From an uncultured bacterium (lineage in GTDB: Bacteria > Patescibacteriota > JACMRA01), in assembly GCA_963704645.1 (NCBI GenBank), contig OY969926.1, forward strand, positions 1,208,641 through 1,272,640: a stretch of 64,000 nt of DNA, in the 5' to 3' direction. This document shows, one piece after another, positions 50,243 through 61,600 of the stretch; positions within the stretch are counted from its first letter, which is position 1, and every line of letters starts with the position of its first letter. The translations under genes and the position numbers were made by a program. The notes beneath the pieces are model-generated. The model made no database searches, had not been told where the DNA came from, and saw only the letters and a list, made by a program, of their open reading frames with translations.

Positions 50243-50320
50243 AATTAAAAAAACAAAATTATGGAAGAAGGTGTAAGATTTATTTACACTTTTGACCAAA
50301 ACATTTTAACAGGTAATAAT
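48633..50320 (+). repeat. 1688-bp direct repeat, copy 1 (copy 2 at 53851-55538)
   Basis: Identical by eye at offset 5218, from CAAACCGCATCC through the downstream intergenic AGGTAATAAT. Confidence 0.92.
50268..50320 (+). promoter_or_regulatory. Terminator-like hairpin overlapping promoter box copy 2
   Basis: AAGGTGTAA-GATTTAT-TTACACTTT-TGACC..AATAAT. Confidence 0.55.
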
Positions 50321-50366
50321 GGTATAAAATATCATTAAATTAGTGATTGAAAACAAAAACAAAAGT

Positions 50367-52898
50367 ATGTTAATTTCTAAAGAAAAAACTCAGAAAATAT
50401 CGTTTCATAGCAAAACAACCAAATTGTTTCATAACAAAATATTTTTAGTAATAATGTTGGTAGCTTTGGTAATTGGTACTGTATCCGTAGGTATCTTTTT
50501 TCAAAACCAGGGAGATCAAAAAGTGGCAAAGGCAGGTAGAGCAAATAGCTGCGATCCAGGCTCTACAATTGTTGCTATTGAATATACTCCACCTGTAAGC
50601 AGAGCCAACTTATCTAGTATTAATATAGGTTTTGGTAGCGCTTCCTATACATTACCGGCGAGCACCACTAACCCACTGGTCATTACATACGGCCTTAAAT
50701 CTGGTGGTCAACTAGATGAATTTGTTGGAGGCCCTAGCAGGTACGATAGCTTTTATGAGAGACCTCTTGGAGCTCCTGGAAGTGGCATCACTGGAACAGA
50801 AAATGTATACACTAGTGGTGGCTTTAAGATTGATGTAATAGATCTTACTAATAATTCATCACCCCAGGTAAGGGTGCTAGTCGAAGCTACTTATGCCGAG
50901 CAAACGACTACTATTGAAGATGTTGGATCTGCAAGGCTTGTTTGTATAGAGTACGATACTGCTGACGACTGCAACCCTGGTGACGATAGACTTGATGGCG
51001 ATGATGATGGTTCCGTAAACTGTACAGACAACTGCAGTACGGTTTCAAACCCAAATCAGCTTGATTCTGATAATGATGGCATTGGAGATGCTTGCGATAA
51101 TTGTCCTCAAAAAGCCAACCCTAATCAGCTTGATGCAGATAATGACGGTGTTGGAGATGGGTGTAACGACTGTGATCCAGCTGAAGATAGTGATGGTGAT
51201 GGTATTAACGATTGTGAAGATAACTGCCCTGAAAAACCAAATCCAGATCAACTTGACTCTGATAATGATGGTATTGGAGATGCTTGTAGCCCAAACGAAA
51301 GAATTTTAGATTGCCGTTTACCACCAAATGGTGATTCCAGTTCTACAGACTTTGAGGAATGGACAAAAGTTCCACCAATTATTGTTCCAAATTACGCCGA
51401 GGTTGGTAATGATATTTTTGGTTTAACTATGGATGCTGATTCTAATCTTTATACACTCAACGGACCTAGTAGAAGTTTGTATCGTACCGGTCCTTTTGGA
51501 ATCTCTACAAATTCTAGTTTATATGAATCACCTATTAGTTTAACAAAACTAACTCCGTCAGCAGGTAATAAAAATGTTCCAGGATCGGTTGGCCTTGTTA
51601 ATACAGGCTTAACTGGCAGACCTATGGACTTAGATACATCTGGAATTAAAGGTGATAGTTTCAATGAGAATATATTCATTTATGCACTAGAAAACAAGAA
51701 CAATGTCAGCCTAGGAGCAACCAGCGATATTGATGGTGACGTTACTGGTTTTATAGCAACTGTAGATCCAAATAGTTTCAATCCAAATACTAATCTGCCT
51801 AATTTTAATATTATATCTGAAGATTTGCCAGCAGGTGGCTATGGCAAAGACTTTGGGGATATAAGTGTTTCTGGAAAAATTTATATTGATGATGTCAGGA
51901 ATGCTCCAAATTCATCTATAAAACAACCTGGAACTGATGGCAACGCAGTCTATTATCCCAAAAATACTTTTTTGGATCTTGCCACAGATAACAACAATCT
52001 CTATTCGTTATTTACTAACGGCAGCGATATTTATAAAAATGGCAAGAGACGTGATCTTAAACTTCCTGTAAACGCCGATGGTGGAGATCTTGAAATTGCA
52101 GATGCTGACAAAACTTATAATACCAACATGACAGGTGAAGACTATTTATACTACACTGCAGGATTGGGAGGTAGTGGCCCAGCTCTAGTTAGAATTGATA
52201 GTACAGGTGGAATTATAACAAGTAACAAAGATTCTGTAGACAGCAACTTTACTTCTGCCAATACTGGCTACATGGACAAAGTAATTTTTGACCTAGAAAA
52301 TCAAGTAATTTACTACAAAAATGGAAGTAGAACTGCAAACAACCCAGATCAGACTATTGGTAAGATTTATTGCCCAGATCCTACCAATCCAAACGAACCA
52401 AACCCTCCTTTTGTACCACCAACCACAACCCCAGGTGGTGATCCAGATCAAACTTCTGTTCCTAGTGGAGGAGGTACTGGTGGAACCAGTACTACTGGAA
52501 CTACTACTGGAGGAACGACTGGAACTACAACTACTGGCACTACCACAACTGGAGGAACGACTGGAACTACAACTGGAGGAACGACTGGTACTCCTAATTT
52601 AACTTTAGTTAAAACAAGTAGTGGTACTGGTAGTATTTTAAACCAAGGTCAGACTATTACTTATACTTTAACTGTGGGGAATAGTGGTAGTGGGGCAGCA
52701 AATAACGTAATTGTTACAGATAATTTACCTTCTGGAGCTACCTTCTCTGGAGTAGCAACTTGTGCCGCATCCTTCCCTGCTGGAATTACTGTTTCTACTT
52801 GTAGTTATGATAGTGTAAATAGAAGGCTTACTTGGAATATTAGTAGTTTACCTGCTGGTAGTAGTGGTAATATTAGTTTTGCTGTTGTGGTGAATTAG
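50367..52898 (+). CDS. Adhesin-like protein 2 (paralog with a different variable domain, more TSP3 repeats, diverged propeller, truncated DUF11)
   Basis: KVAKA signal end; TSP3 repeats; RILDCRLPP..; ends ISFAVVVN*. The ATG at 50367 follows the same AAAACAAAAACAAAA leader as its paralogs. Confidence 0.9.
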   Translation: MLISKEKTQKISFHSKTTKLFHNKIFLVIMLVALVIGTVSVGIFFQNQGDQKVAKAGRANSCDPGSTIVAIEYTPPVSRANLSSINIGFGSASYTLPASTTNPLVITYGLKSGGQLDEFVGGPSRYDSFYERPLGAPGSGITGTENVYTSGGFKIDVIDLTNNSSPQVRVLVEATYAEQTTTIEDVGSARLVCIEYDTADDCNPGDDRLDGDDDGSVNCTDNCSTVSNPNQLDSDNDGIGDACDNCPQKANPNQLDADNDGVGDGCNDCDPAEDSDGDGINDCEDNCPEKPNPDQLDSDNDGIGDACSPNERILDCRLPPNGDSSSTDFEEWTKVPPIIVPNYAEVGNDIFGLTMDADSNLYTLNGPSRSLYRTGPFGISTNSSLYESPISLTKLTPSAGNKNVPGSVGLVNTGLTGRPMDLDTSGIKGDSFNENIFIYALENKNNVSLGATSDIDGDVTGFIATVDPNSFNPNTNLPNFNIISEDLPAGGYGKDFGDISVSGKIYIDDVRNAPNSSIKQPGTDGNAVYYPKNTFLDLATDNNNLYSLFTNGSDIYKNGKRRDLKLPVNADGGDLEIADADKTYNTNMTGEDYLYYTAGLGGSGPALVRIDSTGGIITSNKDSVDSNFTSANTGYMDKVIFDLENQVIYYKNGSRTANNPDQTIGKIYCPDPTNPNEPNPPFVPPTTTPGGDPDQTSVPSGGGTGGTSTTGTTTGGTTGTTTTGTTTTGGTTGTTTGGTTGTPNLTLVKTSSGTGSILNQGQTITYTLTVGNSGSGAANNVIVTDNLPSGATFSGVATCAASFPAGITVSTCSYDSVNRRLTWNISSLPAGSSGNISFAVVVN

Positions 52899-52930
52899 AA
52901 TTAAAACAAAGGGTATAAATAGATTAAATA

Positions 52931-52987
52931 AAAAGTGTAGAAAAAATTATACACACTTTTGACCAAAACATTTTAACCAGCAATAAT
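52931..52987 (+). promoter_or_regulatory. Hairpin plus promoter box copy 3
   Basis: AAAAGTGT..ACACTTTT-GACC-AAAACATTTTAACCAGC-AATAAT. Confidence 0.55.
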
Positions 52988-53048
52988 ATGCAAAAAAGTA
53001 CCTTCTAAGAAGTGCTTAAAAACAAAAACAACCGCAAACAAAAAGAAT

Positions 53049-55460
53049 ATGGAAAACTTAAAAAAGAATAAAGTTCTATTTATTAATAGTATTAAGAAAC
53101 TTTTTAGAAATAAGGTGTTTTTAGTAATACTACTAGTTGCAGTTGCAATAGCTTCTTTATCTGCATTATATGTAGTTCAAAATAATAATAGTCCTAAAGT
53201 TGCAAGAGCAGCCGATGACCCACTTTGTTTAGAAAAATCATTAAGCCAAGGATATTACGTTAAAGTAACATTTGGCGGTATAATACCTAGAGATAGCTCT
53301 ATCTCTAGTGCGTATACAGAAAGAGTATTTTCATCATTTACCTTTGGCAGTCCCATTTATATAGGTGAGGAGTCGTTTCTATATGGATATCCATTAAGCA
53401 CACCTGTAAACGTAACAGTTGTAAGTGCAGGAACAACTGATTTTTTTACTGAGGGAAGAACTCCAAATAATATAACAACCCTTGTTAATAGAATTCAGCT
53501 CGGCGTACCAGAAAGCTATTATGAATTAAAATCTGCACAATACTACTACGAAAAGCTCCCAGACCCTCAATATCCCAACGCTTTTCCTGGAATTTCAATA
53601 ACCAACCCTGATGCACCTATTAACATTCCACACACCGTAACAGCTGGGCTTATAAGCTGCGGAGTCACAGACCCAGACTCCGACGGTGATGGAGTGGCAG
53701 ACGGTACAGACAACTGCCCAAACATATCTAATACCAATCAGCTTGATGGTGATAATGATGGTGACGGCGATGCATGTGACAACTGTCCAAACACACCAAA
53801 CCCAGATCAATTAGACACAGATAATGACGGCGTTGGAGACGCATGTTATACAAACCGCATCCTAGACTGCCGCCTACCCCCTGCAGGCAATCCTAGTTCA
53901 ACCAATTATGATGAATGGACAAAAGTAGCACCAATCATAGTTCCAAACTACGCTAGGCTTAATAGAGATATTTTTGGTCTCACAATGGACAGTGCTTCTA
54001 ACTTGTATGTTTTAAATGCTCCTTCTAGAAGTTTGTATGGAGGTGGTGTAAGTGGTGTATCTACTCAAGATGCTTTGTATTCTTCTCCTATGAGTATGAC
54101 TAAACTTACTCCTTCTACATCTAACAAGAATGTTCCTGGATCTGTAAGTGTTATTGACATCCCAGGTCTTAATGGAAGACCAATGGATTTGGATATGAAG
54201 TCTTTTAAAGGTACTGATGATAATATTTATGTTTATGGGTTGTATAAAGTTAATTCTAACCCCTTAGTTGGATCAAGCGATGTAGCTGGAGACGTAGCTG
54301 GTTTTATTGCTGTAGTTAATAAAGATACAGGAGCTAATACTTTACTAAGTAGTGATATTCCTGCAGGAGGATTTGAAAAAGCTTTTGCTGACATTGCTGT
54401 TAATAACCAAGGCCAAGTATTCTTCGATGATGTAAGAAGTGCTACCACTCCAACTAATGTATACAGTTACCAACCAAGATTACAAGCTTCTGGTACTGTA
54501 GATGTAACTTTTATGGATTACGCAGATAATACTTTCTTCGATGTAGCTGCGGATAATAGTGGTAATGTGTATTCTTTGTTTACTGGTCAAAGTGATGTGT
54601 ATAAAAATGCAACTCGTTTAAATCTAACCCTTCCTGCTAACGGCGACGGAGGAGATATTGAAATTGCTGATGCAGATAATACATACAATACAAGCTTAAC
54701 TGGAGATAATTACATTTACTATACTGCTGGAGATGGAAGCGGCAGTGGCCCAGCTTTAGTTAGAGTATCTCAGGGTGGCACACCAGAGCCAATAACTAGT
54801 AACAGTGACCCAGTAGATTCAAACTTCATAGCTTCTAATGTAGGAAGAATGGATAAAGTAATTTTAGATTTAGATAATCAAGTAATTTATTACAAAAATG
54901 GAAGTAGAACCGCTAATAACCCAGATCAGACTATTGGTAAGATTTATTGCCCAGATCCAGCAAATCCAAACGAACCAAGACCTCCATTTGTACCACCAAC
55001 CACAACTCCAGGTGGTGACCCGGATCAAATTATCTTTCTTGGAGGAGGTACTGGTGGAACTGGAAGTACAGGAACTACTACTGGAACAACAACGGGGACT
55101 ACTACAACTGGAACGACCACGACTGGAAGTACAACTGGAGGAACAACTGGTACTCCTAACCTAACCCTAGTTAAAACAAGTAGTGGTACTGGTAGTATTT
55201 TAAACCAAGGTCAGACTATTACTTATACTTTAACTGTTGGGAATAGTGGTGATGCAGCTTCATTACCTTTTATAGTAAATGACAATCTACCCTTAAATGT
55301 TACCTTCTCTGGCATAGGAACTTGTACTGCATCTTTCCCTGCTGGAATTACTGTTTCTACTTGTAGTTATGATAGTGTAAATAGAAGGCTTACTTGGAAT
55401 ATTAGTAGTTTACCTGCTGGTAGTGGTGGTAATATTAGTTTTGCTGTGGTAGTGAATTAG
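53049..55460 (+). CDS. Adhesin-like protein 3 (signal similar to protein 1, unique variable domain, C-terminal ~535 aa identical to protein 1)
   Basis: [31 protein letters not shown]; TSP3 repeats; identical tail ending ISFAVVVN*. Confidence 0.9.
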   Translation: MENLKKNKVLFINSIKKLFRNKVFLVILLVAVAIASLSALYVVQNNNSPKVARAADDPLCLEKSLSQGYYVKVTFGGIIPRDSSISSAYTERVFSSFTFGSPIYIGEESFLYGYPLSTPVNVTVVSAGTTDFFTEGRTPNNITTLVNRIQLGVPESYYELKSAQYYYEKLPDPQYPNAFPGISITNPDAPINIPHTVTAGLISCGVTDPDSDGDGVADGTDNCPNISNTNQLDGDNDGDGDACDNCPNTPNPDQLDTDNDGVGDACYTNRILDCRLPPAGNPSSTNYDEWTKVAPIIVPNYARLNRDIFGLTMDSASNLYVLNAPSRSLYGGGVSGVSTQDALYSSPMSMTKLTPSTSNKNVPGSVSVIDIPGLNGRPMDLDMKSFKGTDDNIYVYGLYKVNSNPLVGSSDVAGDVAGFIAVVNKDTGANTLLSSDIPAGGFEKAFADIAVNNQGQVFFDDVRSATTPTNVYSYQPRLQASGTVDVTFMDYADNTFFDVAADNSGNVYSLFTGQSDVYKNATRLNLTLPANGDGGDIEIADADNTYNTSLTGDNYIYYTAGDGSGSGPALVRVSQGGTPEPITSNSDPVDSNFIASNVGRMDKVILDLDNQVIYYKNGSRTANNPDQTIGKIYCPDPANPNEPRPPFVPPTTTPGGDPDQIIFLGGGTGGTGSTGTTTGTTTGTTTTGTTTTGSTTGGTTGTPNLTLVKTSSGTGSILNQGQTITYTLTVGNSGDAASLPFIVNDNLPLNVTFSGIGTCTASFPAGITVSTCSYDSVNRRLTWNISSLPAGSGGNISFAVVVN

Positions 55461-55538
55461 AATTAAAAAAACAAAATTATGGAAGAAGGTGTAAGATTTA
55501 TTTACACTTTTGACCAAAACATTTTAACAGGTAATAAT
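53851..55538 (+). repeat. 1688-bp direct repeat, copy 2 (includes promoter box copy 4 at 55510-55538)
   Basis: Matches 48633-50320. Confidence 0.92.
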
Positions 55539-55609
55539 ATGCAAAAAAGTACCTTCTAAAAAAGTGCTTAAAACAAAAAATAAAAAAAATAAAAAATTTA
55601 ACAAAAAGT

Positions 55610-58600
55610 ATGCAGAATTTAAAGGAAGGCTATTACAGGTTATTAAAAAGTTTAAATAACAAAGCCAACAGGAAGCTACTAGCTATTATTGGACTAGCCT
55701 TTATATGTATTGTTGCTTCCATAATTTTCTTTGGGCAAAACGGGGCTGATAATTTAAAGATTGCTAAAGCTGGTAGCTGTGATATTGTTAATCAGGCTGA
55801 AATTGTGGTTGGAGGTGTTATTACCACTACATCAACTGTAATTGATCAACTAAACTGTACACCTACTCCTGTATCTTGCCCATTGGTAAATAATGCCAGT
55901 GTGACTGCTGATGGCGCAACTCAAGCAAATGCAAATGTAACCAATCAAGTTAATTGCACCCCAGATATTGATATTAACAAAGTCACCCAATCACCCAAAT
56001 CTTTTAAAGCAGATACTGAATATTATTATAATATTACATTTAAAAATACAGGTGTAGTTACATTAAAGGATATTAATATAGTTGATACTTTAAACTCTAA
56101 CTTAAGTTTCTCGGGCAATACTTGTAATGATGTGCTTAGAAATATTGCCGGAGGTACGTCTTTACCATTTGCATATACTAATTGTGTTTTAAATTCCACA
56201 GCAGGTACTTTAAGTTTTGATTATACTGGTAATTTAAATGTTTCACAAGAATTTTCATTTAGGGTTCTAGCAAAGATAAAAACTGGCTCTGCAATTAATA
56301 TAGATTTTAATAATGTTGTTGTAATAACGGGTAAATCAGTTGTTGATGATACTGTTGTTAATGCTCAATCTCAAGATGTAGTACGTGCTATCGATTATGC
56401 TCTTGGAATAAACAAGACTCCATCAGCTTACACCTTTGAAATTAATCAAGCTAACCCTGCTGCTACCAATTACACTTACTTCTTAGACTATGAGAATAGT
56501 CAGACTACTGCTTTAACTGGTGTTGTAATTAGTGATACATTAGATTCTAAGATTAAGTTCATAGCCAATAGTTGTGCTGGAGGAAACTTAACTTCTACTG
56601 GTACTGTAGTTGCTGCCGTTAGTTGTACTTTAACTACAGACGGACAAGGAAGAGAAACCTTAACTTGGAATGTAGGTAACATGCCTGCTAACTCTAAGGG
56701 TAGAGTAAGTTTTAGAGTTAACTTTACTGACAGTTATCCTTTTGCAGTTAATGAAGTTGTTCCCAATACAGCTATCATTGATTCTGTAGAAACTCCTGCC
56801 GATCAAGATTCTGCTTACGTAAACGTTAGATACACTAACCCTGATGTAAATATTACTAAGAATACAGTAAACGATCAGATCTACTTTAATAATGGAGATA
56901 CAGTAGTTTATCCAATTACTTTTGCTAATACTAGAACTCAACCTCTAACAGGAGTATATATTACCGATGTCTTAGATCCTAGATTAAACTTTAGTTCTTG
57001 TACTGGTTCTTGTACTTACACTGCTGCTACTAGAACTGTAAGATGGGATGTTGGTAACTTAGCTGTAGGAGAAAGTAGGACTTACAACTTATCTGTAGTA
57101 GTAAACGGTACTGGAGTTATTAACAACAAGGCTACTATCTTTACTAATGAAACTGATCCAGACTTTGATGATGTAAATATTATCATTACTCCTCTAGAGT
57201 TTGAAATTAAGATTGTTAAGTATTCTAGTGAAAGCACAGTAAGAAGAGGTGAGACTTACACATATACCTTAGATTACTTTAATCCTTCTGACATTACTCC
57301 TTTAAGTTCTGTTGTAATTACCGATGTACTAGATTCTAAGATTACCTTTGCTGGTGCTTCTACTTGTAGCGGTGGTACTAAGAATTCTACTGGTACTATC
57401 ATTGCTGTTATTCCTTGTACTCTATCTACTAACGCTGGTGTACAAACCTTAACTTGGAATGTAGGAGGACTAACCCCAGGTCAAACTGGTCAAGTACAAT
57501 TTGATGTTACTGTTAAAGCTGACGCTGCTCTTCAAACTATTCCTAACACTGCTGTAATTGATTCTGCTGAAACTGATCCAGATCAAAGTACTGTCTTTGT
57601 AGATGTTGTAGATTATGCTCTTGGAATAAACAAGACTCCATCAGCTTACACCTTTGAAATTAATCAAGCTAACCCTGCTGCTACCAATTACACTTACTTC
57701 TTAGACTATGAGAATAGTCAGACTACTGCTTTAACTGGTGTTGTAATTAGTGATACATTAGATTCTAAGATTAAGTTCATAGCTAATAGTTGTGCTGGAG
57801 GAAACTTAACTTCTACTGGTACTGTAGTTGCTGCCGTTAGTTGTACTTTAACTACAGACGGACAAGGAAGAGAAACCTTAACTTGGAATGTAGGTAACAT
57901 GCCTGCTAACTCTAAGGGTAGAGTAAGTTTTAGAGTTAACTTTACTGACAGTTATCCTTTTGCAGTTAATGAAGTTGTTCCTAATACAGCTATCATTGAT
58001 TCTGTAGAAACTCCTGCCGATCAAGATTCTGCTTACGTAAACGTTAGATACACTAACCCTGATGTAAATATTACTAAGAATACAGTAAACGATCAGATCT
58101 ACTTCAATAATGGAGATACAGTAGTTTATCCAATTGCATTTGCTAATACTAGAACTCAACCTCTAACAGGAGTATATATTACCGATGTCTTAGATCCTAG
58201 ATTAAACTTTAGTTCTTGTACTGGTTCTTGTACTTACACTGCTGCTACTAGAACTGTAAGATGGGAAATTGGAGGTCTAGCTGTAGGAGAAAGTAGGACT
58301 TACAATCTAACAGTAACTATTAATGGTACTGGAGTTATTAACAACAAGGCTACTATCTTTACTAATGAAACTGATCCAGACTTTGATGATGTAAATATTA
58401 TCATTACTCCTCTAGAGTTTGAAATTAAGATTGTTAAGTATTCTAGTGAAAGCACAGTAAGAAGAGGTGAGACTTACACATATACCTTAGATTACTTTAA
58501 TCCTTCTGACATTACTCCTTTAAGTTCTGTTGTAATTACCGATGTACTAGATTCTAAGATTACCTTTGCTGGTGCTTCTACTTGTAGCGGTGGTACTAAG

Positions 58601-61600
58601 AATTCTACTGGTACTATCATTGCTGTTATTCCTTGTACTCTATCTACTAACGCTGGTGTACAAACCTTAACTTGGAATGTAGGAGGACTAACCCCAGGTC
58701 AAACTGGTCAAGTACAATTTGATGTTACTGTTAAAGCTGACGCTGCTCTTCAAACTATTCCTAACACTGCTGTAATTGATTCTGCTGAAACTGATCCAGA
58801 TCAAAGTACTGTCTTTGTAGATGTTGTAGATTATGCTCTTGGAATAAACAAGACTCCATCAGCTTACACCTTTGAAATTAATCAAGCTAACCCTGCTGCT
58901 ACCAATTACACTTACTTCTTAGACTATGAGAATAGTCAGACTACTGCTTTAACTGGTGTTGTAATTAGTGATACATTAGATTCTAAGATTAAGTTCATAG
59001 CTAATAGTTGTGCTGGAGGAAACTTAACTTCTACTGGTACTGTAGTTGCTGCCGTTAGTTGTACTTTAACTACAGACGGACAAGGAAGAGAAACCTTAAC
59101 TTGGAATGTAGGTAACATGCCTGCTAACTCTAAGGGTAGAGTAAGTTTTAGAGTTAACTTTACTGACAGTTATCCTTTTGCAGTTAATGAAGTTGTTCCT
59201 AATACAGCTATCATTGATTCTGTAGAAACTCCTGCCGATCAAGATTCTGCTTACGTAAACGTTAGATACACTAACCCTGATGTAAATATTACTAAGAATA
59301 CAGTAAACGATCAGATCTACTTCAATAATGGAGATACAGTAGTTTATCCAATTGCATTTGCTAATACTAGAACTCAACCTCTAACAGGAGTATATATTAC
59401 CGATGTCTTAGATCCTAGATTAAACTTTAGTTCTTGTACTGGTTCTTGTACTTACACTGCTGCTACTAGAACTGTAAGATGGGAAATTGGAGGTCTAGCT
59501 GTAGGAGAAAGTAGGACTTACAATCTAACAGTAACTATTAATGGTACTGGAGTTATTAACAACAAGGCTACTATCTTTACTAATGAAACTGATCCAGACT
59601 TTGATGATGTAAATATTATCATTACTCCTCTAGAGTTTGAAATTAAGATTGTTAAGTATTCTAGTGAAAGCACAGTAAGAAGAGGTGAGACTTACACATA
59701 TACCTTAGATTACTTTAATCCTTCTGACATTACTCCTTTAAGTTCTGTTGTAATTACCGATGTACTAGATTCTAAGATTACCTTTGCTGGTGCTTCTACT
59801 TGTAGCGGTGGTACTAAGAATTCTACTGGTACTATCATTGCTGTTATTCCTTGTACTCTATCTACTAACGCTGGTGTACAAACCTTAACTTGGAATGTAG
59901 GAGGACTAACCCCAGGTCAAACTGGTCAAGTACAATTTGATGTTACTGTTAAAGCTGACGCTGCTCTTCAAACTATTCCTAACACTGCTGTAATTGATTC
60001 TGCTGAAACTGATCCAGATCAAAGTACTGTCTTTGTAGATGTTGTAGATTATGCTCTTGGAATAAACAAGACTCCATCAGCTTACACCTTTGAAATTAAT
60101 CAAGCTAACCCTGCTGCTACCAATTACACTTACTTCTTAGACTATGAGAATAGTCAGACTACTGCTTTAACTGGTGTTGTAATTAGTGATACATTAGATT
60201 CTAAGATTAAGTTCATAGCTAATAGTTGTGCTGGAGGAAACTTAACTTCTACTGGTACTGTAGTTGCTGCCGTTAGTTGTACTTTAACTACAGACGGACA
60301 AGGAAGAGAAACCTTAACTTGGAATGTAGGTAACATGCCTGCTAACTCTAAGGGTAGAGTAAGTTTTAGAGTTAACTTTACTGACAGTTATCCTTTTGCA
60401 GTTAATGAAGTTGTTCCTAATACAGCTATCATTGATTCTGTAGAAACTCCTGCCGATCAAGATTCTGCTTACGTAAACGTTAGATACACTAACCCTGATG
60501 TAAATATTACTAAGAATACAGTAAACGATCAGATCTACTTCAATAATGGAGATACAGTAGTTTATCCAATTGCATTTGCTAATACTAGAACTCAACCTCT
60601 AACAGGAGTATATATTACCGATGTCTTAGATCCTAGATTAAACTTTAGTTCTTGTACTGGTTCTTGTACTTACACTGCTGCTACTAGAACTGTAAGATGG
60701 GAAATTGGAGGTCTAGCTGTAGGAGAAAGTAGGACTTACAATCTAACAGTAACTATTAATGGTACTGGAGTTATTAACAACAAGGCTACTATCTTTACTA
60801 ATGAAACTGATCCAGACTTTGATGATGTAAATATTATCATTACTCCTCTAGAGTTTGAAATTAAGATTGTTAAGTATTCTAGTGAAAGCACAGTAAGAAG
60901 AGGTGAGACTTACACATATACCTTAGATTACTTTAATCCTTCTGACATTACTCCTTTAAGTTCTGTTGTAATTACCGATGTACTAGATTCTAAGATTACC
61001 TTTGCTGGTGCTTCTACTTGTAGCGGTGGTACTAAGAATTCTACTGGTACTATCATTGCTGTTATTCCTTGTACTCTATCTACTAACGCTGGTGTACAAA
61101 CCTTAACTTGGAATGTAGGAGGACTAACCCCAGGTCAAACTGGTCAAGTACAATTTGATGTTACTGTTAAAGCTGACGCTGCTCTTCAAACTATTCCTAA
61201 CACTGCTGTAATTGATTCTGCTGAAACTGATCCAGATCAAAGTACTGTCTTTGTAGATGTTGTAGATTATGCTCTTGGAATAAACAAGACTCCATCAGCT
61301 TACACCTTTGAAATTAATCAAGCTAACCCTGCTGCTACCAATTACACTTACTTCTTAGACTATGAGAATAGTCAGACTACTGCTTTAACTGGTGTTGTAA
61401 TTAGTGATACATTAGATTCTAAGATTAAGTTCATAGCTAATAGTTGTGCTGGAGGAAACTTAACTTCTACTGGTACTGTAGTTGCTGCCGTTAGTTGTAC
61501 TTTAACTACAGACGGACAAGGAAGAGAAACCTTAACTTGGAATGTAGGTAACATGCCTGCTAACTCTAAGGGTAGAGTAAGTTTTAGAGTTAACTTTACT

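Noticed and set aside
49680-55164. Alternative-frame ORFs [14 protein letters not shown].. (49680, 52321, 54898)
   Set aside because: They are off-frame readings of the Pro/Thr/Gly linker inside the adhesin genes, with no independent start signals.
47765-55538. Diversity-generating retroelement or shufflon as the cause of the duplicated adhesin segments
   Set aside because: No reverse transcriptase or recombinase is present in the window. The copies are direct and look identical, with no adenine-specific mismatches and no inverted sites.
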